Shown here: positions 37,775-50,194 of the stretch, piece by piece
Layout: every line of letters begins with the position of its first letter
Position numbering within the stretch: position 1 is the first letter of the stretch
NCBI GenBank assembly: GCA_000320545.1
Contig: ADNK01002828.1
Coordinates: forward strand, 30,323-94,322
Source of the DNA: Bigelowiella natans CCMP2755
Lineage: Eukaryota > Protista > Cercozoa
Length of the DNA stretch: 64,000 nucleotides
Reading direction: 5' to 3'
The notes under the pieces: generated by a model
The model's input: the letters and a program-made list of their open reading frames with translations, nothing else
What the model was told of the DNA's origin: nothing
Databases searched by the model: none
Program-made: the position numbers and the translations under genes

Positions 37775-38957
37775 TATTAAAATATTTTTATCGTTGACAG
37801 AATACAATGCTTTCGAATTCAAATTAAAGTCTAAGTGAAGCCATCTACCAATCGTTGAAGCTTTTAACAACATATCAATGATACAATGGCAAATCGATTT
37901 CAGTCCTCCCACATCATTGAAAAGATGATTGTCGCATTCTACGACATCGTTATCATTAAATGTAGCTATTTGATTAATACCATAGCCTAATTACCACCGT
38001 TGTTGTCATCATTGTCATCATCATCATTATTATCATCATCATCATGAATCCTCAATTCAACTGTGAAATATAAATGAATTCATCCAGCACCCAAGCTTAA
38101 CACTACTGCTGTTTTAACATTACCTCAATCATAATGTACACGTATGCAGGACCACTGCCGCTCAGACCAGTCACTGCATCCTATTGTATTAGTTCCAGCA
38201 CCAGTACCAGCAGCATCATGTCTTCGTCATTGTTGTTGTGGTTGTCGTTGTTGTTTTAGTAATTGCTGGGTAATAATGGTGCACGTAATTTATGCAACTA
38301 AATTTTCATTAATAATCAAAACCCAGCACTATAATAATATACTATATTTAGCTATGTGAAAACTCGTGCAGGGATGTGAAGATGCAAAAGTCATAAATAA
38401 GTCTCGCAAAAAATCATGACCAATCAATTTTAGTGCAATCCATCACCCGCCAATACTTCTACCACTACCAAGAGATTTTCTTTAACATTAAAAGTTTTTC
38501 CACACGCACTAAGAATGTTTTCAACATCTTTGCCTATTCGTTATGAAGTGGAACAATACTTATGGACGTAGGAGTATTTATTGAAGAAATAATTATCATC
38601 ATTCACCTCACCATTATCATCATAAAATGGTTACAGTTAAATATGTTCACCATCTTCCACAGAAGCACATCTGCCCAAAGCGTATGCAGAAGCTGTTGCC
38701 CCTACTAGACTGGAACGAAGAGTAACCAAGGAGGAGGATTCATAAACAGAAAAATAAGGTGATGGAATTAGGATGTGAGTGACTACTTTTTTTACCCCTC
38801 TCCTTGCTTCAATCTTTCTCTCCCCCTCCCCCCCTTCGCCCTCAAGCCCGCCCCGTAACCCTATGTACCATGGAGTATTTGGCATCACTCGCACAATTCG
38901 AGTCCCGACTGGTAGATACCTCTGTATTTATAGATTAGATAACATATCAAGGCAAAT

Positions 38958-38994
<37 letters not shown>

Positions 38995-39047
38995 TATTGA
39001 TATATTGATATATCATCGAACAACAAATATACTCAAGTACATGTAAG

Positions 39048-39094
<47 letters not shown>

Positions 39095-40132
39095 ATGTTC
39101 TATATCACGAATTAATGGCTCTGTTGATTTTGTCGCTATGATGCAAGTGGCTGGTAGATGTGAAACTGTTGGTATGGCAACAATATCTGTACCTCCATGC
39201 TGCTAATTGAGACCCCAGCAGCAATGGATATAACTAATGTTTCTTTCCCTATGTGACTGGCGATATCCTTCAGAACGTACTAAATGCCGTTGTTTGAAGG
39301 GAGGAAACATATCAATCTCAGTAGAAACAAACACCCTAATACCATGCCATTATCACTTAGATATCAGAGTAGAAAACACTTTAGTATAAAATCTTTTCGT
39401 TGATCATATCAAGTAGTACACCAGAAGGACCACCCACCCACTCACCGGCACGATTCCAGGCTTAACGGCGATGATAACCAGTCGACATTGTCTAGCAACC
39501 TTACTATTACTGTTATTAAAGAAACATTTTCACCAAAATTGGGATTGTTTCTCATAAGATCAGCTTAATACATTCTCTATGAATTTTCTTTCATTATAAA
39601 CTAATGAATATTGATCGCAAGGGCATACATTCAGCATGAATTTTCTTTCATTATAAACTAAGGAATATTGATCGCAAGGGCAGTAATACTAGAAGTAGGG
39701 TAGTAGTGGTGGTATCTATTTTAAGATTACTCATCTGTTACTGGGCACCCAACAAGCTCGCTGAACTTATCCGTCTGGTCCTTAGACTGTTGGCGAGGAG
39801 AAGGAGGGTATATCATGAGAACTGTAATCCTTTTATTCTACATGTTACTTCCAAGCGAAAAATATGGTTACACCACATTACCTTATCACTTGCTAACACC
39901 TCTTCAGGAGCAAACAGTTTGGCCTCAACAACTCCCTTGGCCAGAGCCGAGGCCATCTGCCCAGCACCTACAGTAGCAATAGTTTCGTAATACCATCATA
40001 TTAAAAGAAGCAGACTATTCCCAGCTACTACTGTCTCCACTCCCCCCAACCCACCCTCCCCCCTCTCTCTCTCTGCCACATGCACTCTTAGATCGATCTT
40101 ATAGCCATACCTATGAATCCGATCTTGCTCAT
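36530..40132 (-). CDS. proC: Pyrroline-5-carboxylate reductase, multi-exon, C-terminal SKL
   Basis: Exons: MSKIGFI|GAGQMASALAKGVVEAK, AMADGGVRMGLPRSVALNL|AAQTVFGAAKMVLETG, VASPGGTTIAGIHALER|VGFRGCVMNAVE|AAAKRSKELSEAAEEEKSKSKL*. Confidence 0.95.
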
Positions 40133-40339
40133 TCTAAGCGTCCAGTGTATGGTTTGATTAGTAGAGAATGGGGGGGGTCGCGTCGATCTTTCGAGCGGTT
40201 GATTGTTGATTGTTGTTGTTGTTGTTGTTGTTGATTGTTGTTGATTGTTGTTGTTGTTGTTGTTGTTGTTGCTGTTGTCATGATTTTAGGCCGAACATTT
40301 TCGGTAAAAATTATTTTCGAGTCAAGAAATTTACGATAT

Positions 40340-40810
40340 TCGTTCATGAATTTCTGGATGACATTATTCTGCGATCTCCTCACATCCGTTGGCTCCAAAA
40401 ACATCAGCAGACCGCAGAATCTGCCATTGATTTTTCCTAATGTCATCCAGAAACATTACAATTTGATGGCAGATATCTGACAAATCTAGATCTAAATCCA
40501 GGCTAACTTTTAGATAGATCTACAGGCCTGTAGTCTACCCAGATTTTGGAATAATTTTTTCCTGCCGAAAGCAAAAAACCGGGACAGATTTTCCAATCCC
40601 GGGATTACAGATGCGACACAAAATGAAAAAGCGAATACATGTACATGTAAATCTAGATCTAGATCTAGATCTATCTGATAAATCTAAATCTGCCAACCAC
40701 AAAACGTTACCTGCAAAGCGAACAGAATACGTCAGATCTACCCAAAAATCTGACAAATCTGACCAATCAATATCTGACCAATTTGATAAATCTGACGGCA
40801 GATTTCGGGA
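40340..40810. promoter_or_regulatory. Palindrome- and AGATCT-dense region between divergent proC and duplicated gene copy 2
   Basis: A 15-bp inverted repeat (40351-40365 / 40439-40453), the 14-bp palindromes CTACAGGCCTGTAG (40520-40533) and TACATGTACATGTA (about 40637-40650), (TAGATC)3, and repeated ATCTGA(C). Confidence 0.35.
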
Positions 40811-41006
40811 AGGTGTCATCACTCTGATTGCTATCTCATCACTCAGTTTTGTTGCAGCTTTCTTCGGAGTCGCATTTGCAAAATATGTGGTAAAAAAAGG
40901 CTTGCATTTTGTTCAGAATGAGTATCGGCTCCCTTCGTTTGAGAAAGAAATCCACTTCTGTTTGTTGTTGCACAGTTACGCCAGTGTCCACAGGCAGTTC
41001 GTTAAC

Positions 41007-41423
41007 ATGTCCTGCACCAACTCCACGCTCAACAAACTCAATGCACTGATAAAATGCAACAAGAAAGAAGCAAAGGTAGAGACGGTTGAGTGCAGAATAT
41101 TCCTATACCTTAAGTTTTGCGCTTCAATGTTTTGTTAGACCCTCATCGTGGTGCATGGTCCATACATGAACTGAGGGCGTTGGAACCACAACATCTTACG
41201 AGTTCATGAGTTGATCATGAATCTTACCGATGCTGGATTTCATGTCCAGCTTAAGCATGATATGAAGGAAACTACTTGGGAAGACCACGGAGATGTTTCT
41301 GTTGAAGACATCAAGGGCAGAACTCTCGCCTATGGAAAGCAAGTCGTCCACAACAAAAACTTTTCGAAGTCTAAGAAGGCATTTGATGATTTAGCTAAGA
41401 CTGCAATTTCCAAAGTTGAATAA
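41007..41423 (+). CDS. Candidate selenoprotein, UPF0728/C10orf53-like, copy 2 (exons 41007-41075, 41139-41423; TGA 41172-41174)
   Basis: The coding sequence appears identical to copy 1, including the in-frame TGA. Confidence 0.6.
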
Positions 41424-41479
41424 CTAAAAGTTGAAAAAGTAATTTTTGAAGAGCATAATGACAGTGTTTGAAACATCAC

Positions 41480-41549
41480 TTCCGCTCCAGCTAACCGTTG
41501 AAGGATGCATCCAAAAGCTTTCAGAGTGCAAATGCATCCAGAGGAACTT
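41480..41549 (+). promoter_or_regulatory. Candidate SECIS-like hairpin, copy 2
   Basis: Identical to 35611-35680. Confidence 0.3.
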
Positions 41550-42283
41550 GAATCAACAACATGGAACATTGGTGATACTTTTCCTTTGAGAACAAGGAGA
41601 ATCATTCCTTTAAGAACAAGGAGGACTATCAACCACGTGTGTTGTAGCTAAGCAGTGGCGGGCATCATGCACCGCATTTACTAGTTCAACTGGGAATGGA
41701 CGTGAAACATGTTAACAATTTGTCAATTTGGATTGTCTTTCTCATGTGCGTTGCGTGCGCACACGCAGTTAGACAGGTGTTTTGTCATTGCTAGATCATC
41801 ATTAGCCAGCTTGTTGTTTGCCCTGTGATGCACAACTGCAATCTAGCAATGTGCGATGTGCTCACAGACGCACACATGTAGACACTGCACGTAGCGTGCT
41901 GCCGCAGGCAACGCAATGGACACCACCTGTGTGGCAGTCAGCATCGTACACAGTTGTAATGCAAACTCATATCTACTGCTGCATGTGTCTGTGACTGGCC
42001 AGCGCGCGGCGTGCGCGTTTCATCAAAAAGATTACATCATGTACTTGACCTTCTGGGTCCCTTGCCATCCTACGTACTGCATGCTGATATTTGGATGTCT
42101 GCATGTTATCGGTTTGCACTGTGTGCATAAGGTAGACAAAGTGTGTAATTGCATGCTATTTATCACATATTACACATACGCATGTCTATTGCACATCATT
42201 TGAATGCTTTATTTGCTACCGCCTGTGATGAGTAGGAACAAGCTCACAAAATGACACAGTACTACGCAAAACGTCATACCAAA

Positions 42284-44635
42284 TTACATGCATCGACAAC
42301 AGTTCATATTTAGTCCTCTTCGCACAACATCATTTGACGATTGGACGACATCTGGCTCACAATCTTCAAACTGCTTTGAGTGCAATTTACATGCATGAGT
42401 TAAAAATTGTTCTGCTGATAACGTTGCATGCAGGAGTTTTTTTTCTTGAGTGTGACCATTTCGATCCTCGTGTAACGAACGATAACCATTGCTATCTCTG
42501 GAGTAAAGAGTTGCATATGTGTATGTGCCAGCGGCAGTTACACACTTGTCCTCATAGTCAATGAATGATGCAAAGGAAGGATAACCTACAGGATAATCTC
42601 CACGATTAGCTAATGCATATATGTGTGCATATGTTCCCACCCTTTGTTGAAGTATTGCTGAAATCTTTCTCATTTTTCGCTTGAGCAAAAACCATGAAGT
42701 TCCCAGGAGACTCGGGCATTTCTTCCACACAGGCAATATCGATGTTTTTCATCTTTATGATGCAATTCAGAAGTGCCACTGGGGAGATTCTAAGAACACA
42801 AATACACAAAAATATTAGGTTTGTTAGCATCAACTCACATGTAGTAGGCATCAGAGCAACATGGTGACACTACTTATTTCATTGAATTTTCAATATTTAA
42901 TAGCACACCAATAAACAGAGCTCAGCAGCACCCCATATTTCCTTACACACCTCTGTGCCTTAACAGGGACGTGAAAAAGAAGAGCAACTCCCTTTGGTTT
43001 CAGGATAGTTAATACCATCTCAACGACTGCTATTGGATCCACCGTGTGATACAAGGTGTGCCGCGACCAGATGACGTCGAACATTATATCTGTAGCTTTG
43101 CTAAGAGCAGGAAGTAGCGATGTGCAACTTCCTCCAATCATGTTCTTTGCATCTGAGCCAAATTCACATTCATGGCGATGATTTGGGCTTTATTAGAAAG
43201 CTTACCTAATTTAGATGAACACTTATCCCTTGTTTTATTCCTACTTCCATTATGTAACTCCTCCAATAAGTTGTCGATGTTAGCAACAACGTATGAAGCG
43301 TCTGGAATCGCACTAGCACCAGGTGCTACTGATGGTGATGGTAATGGAGACATTGTCTGTCCCACTGCCGATGGTGTAGCAGTTACAGTGGCTTCGGTTG
43401 CAACTGATGCTTCAGATCGTCGGTAGTCAAGAGCACTAATGCCTATCATTCCATCCATAGGAACCCCGAACCTTTGGTTAAGACTTCGAAGAAGCTCTCC
43501 ACTTCCTGTTCCGAGGTCAAGGAGTTGAAATCTATCATAATCTTTCGTACTATCCTCAGATTTAAATTGAGGTTGCTGCTCCGATTGTCTCGATTGCTGG
43601 TGTTGTTGATTCTGGCGGTTCTGCCTGATAGCATCACGATGTCTATTACGCAGTACATTCATTATAATTGAATGCTTTACATGTTACAGAGCAAGTTTAC
43701 ATACCTCCTTTGGGTGATCAGATTTTCGAAAATTTTATCTAAGAAAATAAACTTTCCCTCCCTATTGACTATTATTCGGTTGCGCCTAAAAATTATGATA
43801 TTAGGCTGTACATGAGAAATATAAATCGAGGGAGCTGGGTGAGATAGAAGAAAGAAAACAAAGTTTCAGCGGAAAAATTGCAAGGAAGAAAGGACAGGGA
43901 AAGTGAAATAGAGAGAGGGTAAAGTCCGACGATGAATCGGTGTCCTATTTACGCGAACGAGTTGTGTAGTGAAAATTTAGGTAGCAGAGAATTACATCAG
44001 GGGGAAGGACTTAAACAATCGAATATTACTTGCATCTAATCAAACCTTGAATTGGTCATTGGAAACACACTTTCTCCCATGTTGACCCACTGCCTTCGAG
44101 ATGGGTTGTTCTGTAGGGCATTGAACTTTGATTGAATCGCCTTTCGGACATCCTCTGGCCTTGTGGTGTAAAGCAAGTTTACTGATGTTGTCGCTGCTAA
44201 TCCTGAATTCATGCCTATGGACATCTGGTTTTTGTTCCAGCTGCCTCTGGAAGGAGACTTTCCCTCCTCCACCCTACCCTGTGCTTCCTGATTTTATTAC
44301 CATATCCGTAGAAAGGGGTAGGTACTGTACGTAGATCTATCGAAACAAGAACAATTACAACACCTCACAGCAACAACTCCTGACAGCAACAACTCCTGAC
44401 AACAGCAAGACAACAACAACTCCTGACAACAGCAACAACTCCTGACAACAGCAACAACAACAACAACAACAACAAGTCTGAATTCGATCATTTCTCTTTT
44501 CTTGATCATCATTGCTTCTCCTTCCCCTCCCTGATCGGTCACATCATCATCATCCTGGTCAATAGTCATCACCATCACACAGAACCACGTCGTCTTCCTC
44601 ATTGATATCGACACGGATATAGCTACTACATGCAC
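42284..44635 (-). CDS. Class I SAM-dependent methyltransferase, multi-exon
   Basis: Motif I FQLLDLGTGSGELLRSL, post-I IGISA, and MFDVIWSRHTLYHTVDPIAVVEMVLTILKPKGVALFHVP, typical of Methyltransf_11/25-like folds. The 5' exons are uncertain and the substrate is unknown. Confidence 0.75.
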
Positions 44636-44769
44636 TGATCGATAGATCGGTCGTCGTCGTCGTCTTCGGCATCTTCGTCATCGTCGTTATCCTAAGTACA
44701 ATCACGTCATCTCCGTACTGTCAACAGGTAGCAGCTCATTTGAACACAGCAGCTTCCACCATCTGACGA

Positions 44770-46348
44770 GTGTTAAGTGATCTCTGTCTTCGATATATGG
44801 AGGAGAACAAGCGCGGTGATGTTTTGAATATCTTCGATGACAGGAGAGGAAACAAGACCGAATCGTCTTCAATTTCCGACAGCAGCAGCAGCAAAGATTA
44901 TTCCAAAATAGAGAGAACAAAAAGCACCTGGCAACCGGAAATGGAGTCGCTACAACAGTCTCGTCATGGTGATGGCGTGCTTCTCGAGAGTCAACTGCTT
45001 GTCACTGCCCCAATGGCTTCCATGGGCACATTTCAAGCACATCAGCAGCAGGATATTAGAGGAATCTATTTGTCTCCAGCTGGTATACTTAACAGAAATA
45101 AGGGCAGTCGAGTAGAAGGCGTGGCAATTTCGATGTGGATATATCCCCTTGTTGAAGTAATAACTCAAACCACGCTTGACTGTTGAGAAGAATATAAATA
45201 TACATCTTAGCATTTAAAAATTGGCAACACTTTTAATGAATGTGTCCTGTGGAAATTGTGTTATCTAAAATCCAACTCATAAATACAGCCTTATGTTCTT
45301 TTTATCTTAACTTGATAACGCTTAGATCGATTCTACCGAAAACCAAAAAGTGACTATTTTTGAATGGGGGGGCAACGCTAAAACATCAGCATCAAGTACC
45401 AATCATAAGATAGGGGCGGGGAGAAATAAAAGAGGAAGAATTGCCTCAATTGAGTTGGCAGTTGACATGGATTCTAGTGTAATTGAATTCAAGGTAATGG
45501 TTGCAAATTTTGTGAAGATATAAGTTGATAACTATAAATTATGATAATGGCAGTGATACTACTACATTGTCGATCATACATACTACATCTGTACTGCTGC
45601 TGCTGCTGATGTTACATACTACAATGACGTATACCTCCATACTATACTACAGGTTAAGGAAGGACGGCACACGGATGTAGATGTTAGTAGTCCCTGTTCG
45701 TCGTTCTCATCACTTTCTTCTTCTTCTTCTAAAATCTCTATTGTGTCGGAGTCTAAGGTTCGGTTTGGAGAATGGAATTCTGTGGTTATAACCGTAGATT
45801 TAAGGTGATGATATTTCTTTGCAGCATCATTATGAATCGAAAAACGTTGATTCGACACTATTTTCTTTCCCACTTGAAATATTACTGCTGCACTAAAAAC
45901 ATCACACTAATTAGGCATATTACTTTATTTCTCAATGAGAAAGCAGAAGGGGTATTTAGACTATCTTTATATGTGTGATTATATGAAGAAGAACCGCAAT
46001 ACAAATAGTTATTATTCTTTAAAGAGAGCATGTATGATATTAATGATGTTCATCTCTTATTTCCATAGAGAAGTAATTTGCTCGGATATCATTATATGTC
46101 TACTACCCTTGTTACTAATGAATAAATAGTTTATGTTTATGATATTCAAGTTATTAACAGTGATGATAATGAAGTATTATTGAATAGATTCATTGCTGTA
46201 GAGCTAGTTAATAGTAAATAAGTGGTGTTATACATTAAAGCAAACTATTACCAGAAAGTTGGTGAGTCGCCCTTCTGTCATTGATTGTCGTCATTATTTT
46301 ACTACGTATATCCCTTCTGTCATTGATTGTCGTCATTATTTTACTACA

Positions 46349-46392
<44 letters not shown>

Positions 46393-47030
46393 GGGTGCAT
46401 TCTTCCCTGGATTTGCAGCAGCATCTTCTATGATGCAACTTGTTCTTCCCAACACCGCTATGTGTTTGGGGAAAGACACGAGATTTCGAGGATTTTTTAC
46501 CCTCGTAGGACTTCATGTACAATGGAATAAAGAAAGCAATTCTACCCAGAATGACGATGATGATGATAGGGGAAGGGTTGTACAAACTGGATCACTAAAA
46601 TCACGGGGGAAATCACCACCACCACCACCACCACCAGAAACGATAAAAAACAATTCCAAGGTAATGCCGCTGCCATTCGTTGTAGCAGTCACAAATGCTG
46701 CTAATAATTCAAGTGATGGTTGCTTCAATCTCCAACATGCCCCTCCTCGTAGATTCGTAATGATAAGAATACAGCTGTAGTAATCAATTGTCCTTATCTC
46801 CCTAACGTGTAGGAACATGAACTTATCAACCGGAGGAGGCGACTAGAGAGGAATGCTATGTCTTTAGGTGATAATTGGTCACATTAGTTAAATTAGTAGT
46901 TGTGCTATTTGTTGTAGCAGCAGTAGTAGTAGTAGTAGTAGTAGTAGTTGAGGAGGTGGAAGAGGAGGAAGTACAGTAGAATAAGAGGAGAGACGTAGTA
47001 GTATGATAAGGGAGGAGAACCATATACATC

Positions 47031-47063
<33 letters not shown>

Positions 47064-47222
47064 ATGATGCTGACGTCGATGCACTACTACTATTTCTACT
47101 TCTTATTCTTCCTTCTTCTTTTCTTGCTGCAGGGCTTGCAATGGCAGATACTCTTGGTAGGTGCTTTATCCACGTAGAAGAACGAAAAAGCACACGATAA
47201 ATGCTGCTGTGTACCATCCATT

Positions 47223-47267
<45 letters not shown>

Positions 47268-47600
47268 CTCTCCATCTCTGTGCTTCTTAACAGTAGGCCT
47301 ACAATTTAGCCGCTCAACTAATTATTGTCATCCTTTTTCCTTCTTCCTCATTATTTTCCTTTTACTTCTTTCTTTCATTCCCCTCCTCCTCCTCCTCCTT
47401 CTCCAGGATTAGCCTACGGTGAAGCTGAAGGGCTACTGGATCTCCATAAACATGATGATGATGATGTTCTCTACACTAGTACCAATATACCTGTCAACCC
47501 TTGTATTCTTTATCTTTTTCGAAACACGTTATCATTTATATTAGCTATGTCTTCTTTATGGAGGTTACATTTGTTACACTCGACTTCCTTGTTAGTCTTG
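44770..47600 (+). CDS. Possible LamG/concanavalin-A-like domain protein, multi-exon
   Basis: Exons with VAISMWIYPL, VRFGEWNSVVITVD and MCLGKDTRFRGF resemble LamG strand motifs, and there are + strand donors and acceptors. The structure is incomplete. Confidence 0.35.
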
Positions 47601-47650
47601 CTGCCATTATTCTCTCACGCCCCATCACCATCACCATCGACATCATCATC

Positions 47651-47692
<42 letters not shown>

Positions 47693-47784
47693 TTATAGTG
47701 TTTTCTATCATTAAAATGACCATCGCCAGCAGCATCTACACCATCATTCTGTTAACGCCTATAATTATCATCATTATCATCATT

Positions 47785-47822
<38 letters not shown>

Positions 47823-47832
47823 GAATAGCATC

Positions 47833-47865
<33 letters not shown>

Positions 47866-48210
47866 GAATAGCATCAATTTGCAGATTATCACAACGTACC
47901 AACGCCAACAAAATCAGCTGCTGGATGATGCAAATAACATCAGCGTCTTGAGTAGTAGTAGTAGTAATACTACAACAGGGTAGTAAGCACAACTAATACA
48001 CAAGTGCGAATTAGAAGTAGTAGTAGTAGTAAAAGAAGAAGAAGAAGAAGAAGTAGAAGTAGTAGCAGAAAAGCTACAAATCCTAATATTCTTGCCTCAA
48101 TTTCTAACAATGTCTATAATGATATATTTTGTGTGACGATTGAGTTGGTGCTGATGGAAAAGGTGGTGTTCTTGTCATGGATATCTTGATATTGAATTAC
48201 TACTTTGGTG

Positions 48211-48460
48211 ATGATAATATGTGGTAGCAGCAGCAGCAAGGATAATTCACTTGTTCTAGTGGCAAAGGCATCTCTCAATGCTACTACTACTACAACAACA
48301 GGGCGACGGCGTGAAGATGATGATCATGATGAAAAGAGAGCAGTTATTCCGCCACTATTTCCTCCCCCAAGAACTCCCCAAGTTTATTCAAAGTTTTGTT
48401 CTCCTTTACACCGTAAGAAGCAGAGGAATATTTGAAATATATATACTTTTCATGCTACTT

Positions 48461-48496
<36 letters not shown>

Positions 48497-49431
48497 CATC
48501 AGCACCAACTCGTCAGTATCTTTTTCGGTTAATTCTAGCAATCTTGATCATTAGGAATATCCCAACTGATGCATTGGACACCTACCAACGTACTACTGCT
48601 ACTATCTACTACTACTACTAGACGTATTATCATCATTATCATCCTCATCATCATCATCATAGTATTGCAAACAAGAGTTAATCGATAGTACTACTACTCC
48701 TTATTATTATCATTCTTATCGTATTAACGGTCTTGTTCTTTTCTGTCATCATATTATTGAGTTCGTGGAGTAGAAGTGTGTGCGTGTATGTTGTGTGTGT
48801 ATACTACTACTACTAATAATAATAATAATAATAATAATACGTGTCATCACCAGCAATAGGCAGAGCAACGTATACAAGTGCTACTTACTGCGCATATACA
48901 TATCTATCATCTTTAGAACGGAAATCCCCTCTTAAAGAGCTGCGTGAAACTACCCTATCGGCAATGGGAACTACCAAATAGGACACGAATCCTTCATTGC
49001 CACGACATGATGGGCGGGTAGTAGTAGTAGTAGTACATGTGGGTGATGACAGTTGTATATTCGATGACAGCGATGAATATCTATCTTGTTGTTGTTGTTC
49101 TTCTTCTTCTTCTTCTTCTTGAGTAGGTACACACATGATGCAACTGCTCAAGTAGATGCTGCTACTCAAGACACGCAGACGTTATTCAGTGCCAAAACGA
49201 CAACTACTTCTTATGGCTACAATTTTACACATTGGGGGTAGGTAAACACATCCATGCAGCAGCATTAAATTACTGCTGGTAGGACAAAGAGAGAATCATC
49301 ATTTGTAGGTAGTAAAGACAAGCTACATATGAATAGAATGTAGATGAGAAATCAGAGATAAACAAATTATTCTGCTGCTACTTATACCTTCAAATATATA
49401 ATAATAACTACAACAATACTATGTGCTATTG

Positions 49432-49465
<34 letters not shown>

Positions 49466-50153
49466 AAAAGGTACATCGATATATTCTGTTATTTTTCACA
49501 CGCATTTGTGAGTATACCCCCCAAAGGATGGATAGAAGCAGGTGTGTTGATAATGTATAAACGATGATGGTGATGATAAGCAATAGAAGGAAGTGTGATG
49601 ATGATGGGGATCATGATTATGAGGAGAAGGGGGGGAAGGAAGAAATACCTGCTAATAATGACAGCGTCATCGTATCTATACCCCCCCTCCCCTCCCAAAA
49701 CCCAACACAAATAGGCCATAGGAACGGTGTGAAAGTCATTGGTACTGCTTATGAAGATAACAATAACGACATCACAATATTGATAACATCGTCCATAATT
49801 GAAGTAGTTGTTGCTGTTGTTCGCACAATGCTAATATTATGATTTCATGATGATATTAACACTAAATAGTACTCCGCGTCCTCTTCTTCATCCTCTTAGG
49901 ATCTGAATTACCAAACATACAAACAAGAGCACGCTTAATAATATCACATTTGATAATATTATTAGGAACAATAATAACAGAATGGGAAGAAGGAAAGAAG
50001 GTTATAATAATAATGTGAATAGTACTGACAAATTGATATACCATTAGCCATTGCTTGGTATGATCAAAATATGCAGCACACCGCTTGTTTGCTAGCGAAA
50101 CTACAAAGTCAACAATCTCATATTGTTAAAACACACACACTCACACTCACACA

Positions 50154-50194
<41 letters not shown>

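Larger units (their letters stand above)
40833..41749 (+). repeat. 917-bp direct repeat, copy 2
   Basis: Near-identical to 34963-35880, at an offset of 5870/5869. Confidence 0.95.

Noticed and set aside
40515-40540. Helitron 3' end call for the CTACAGGCCTGTAG hairpin
   Set aside because: There is no CTRR terminus at the expected distance and no 5' TC end or Rep/helicase remnant.
44340-44470. CAACAACTCCTGA minisatellite (4 units)
   Set aside because: An ordinary intronic minisatellite with no sign of function.
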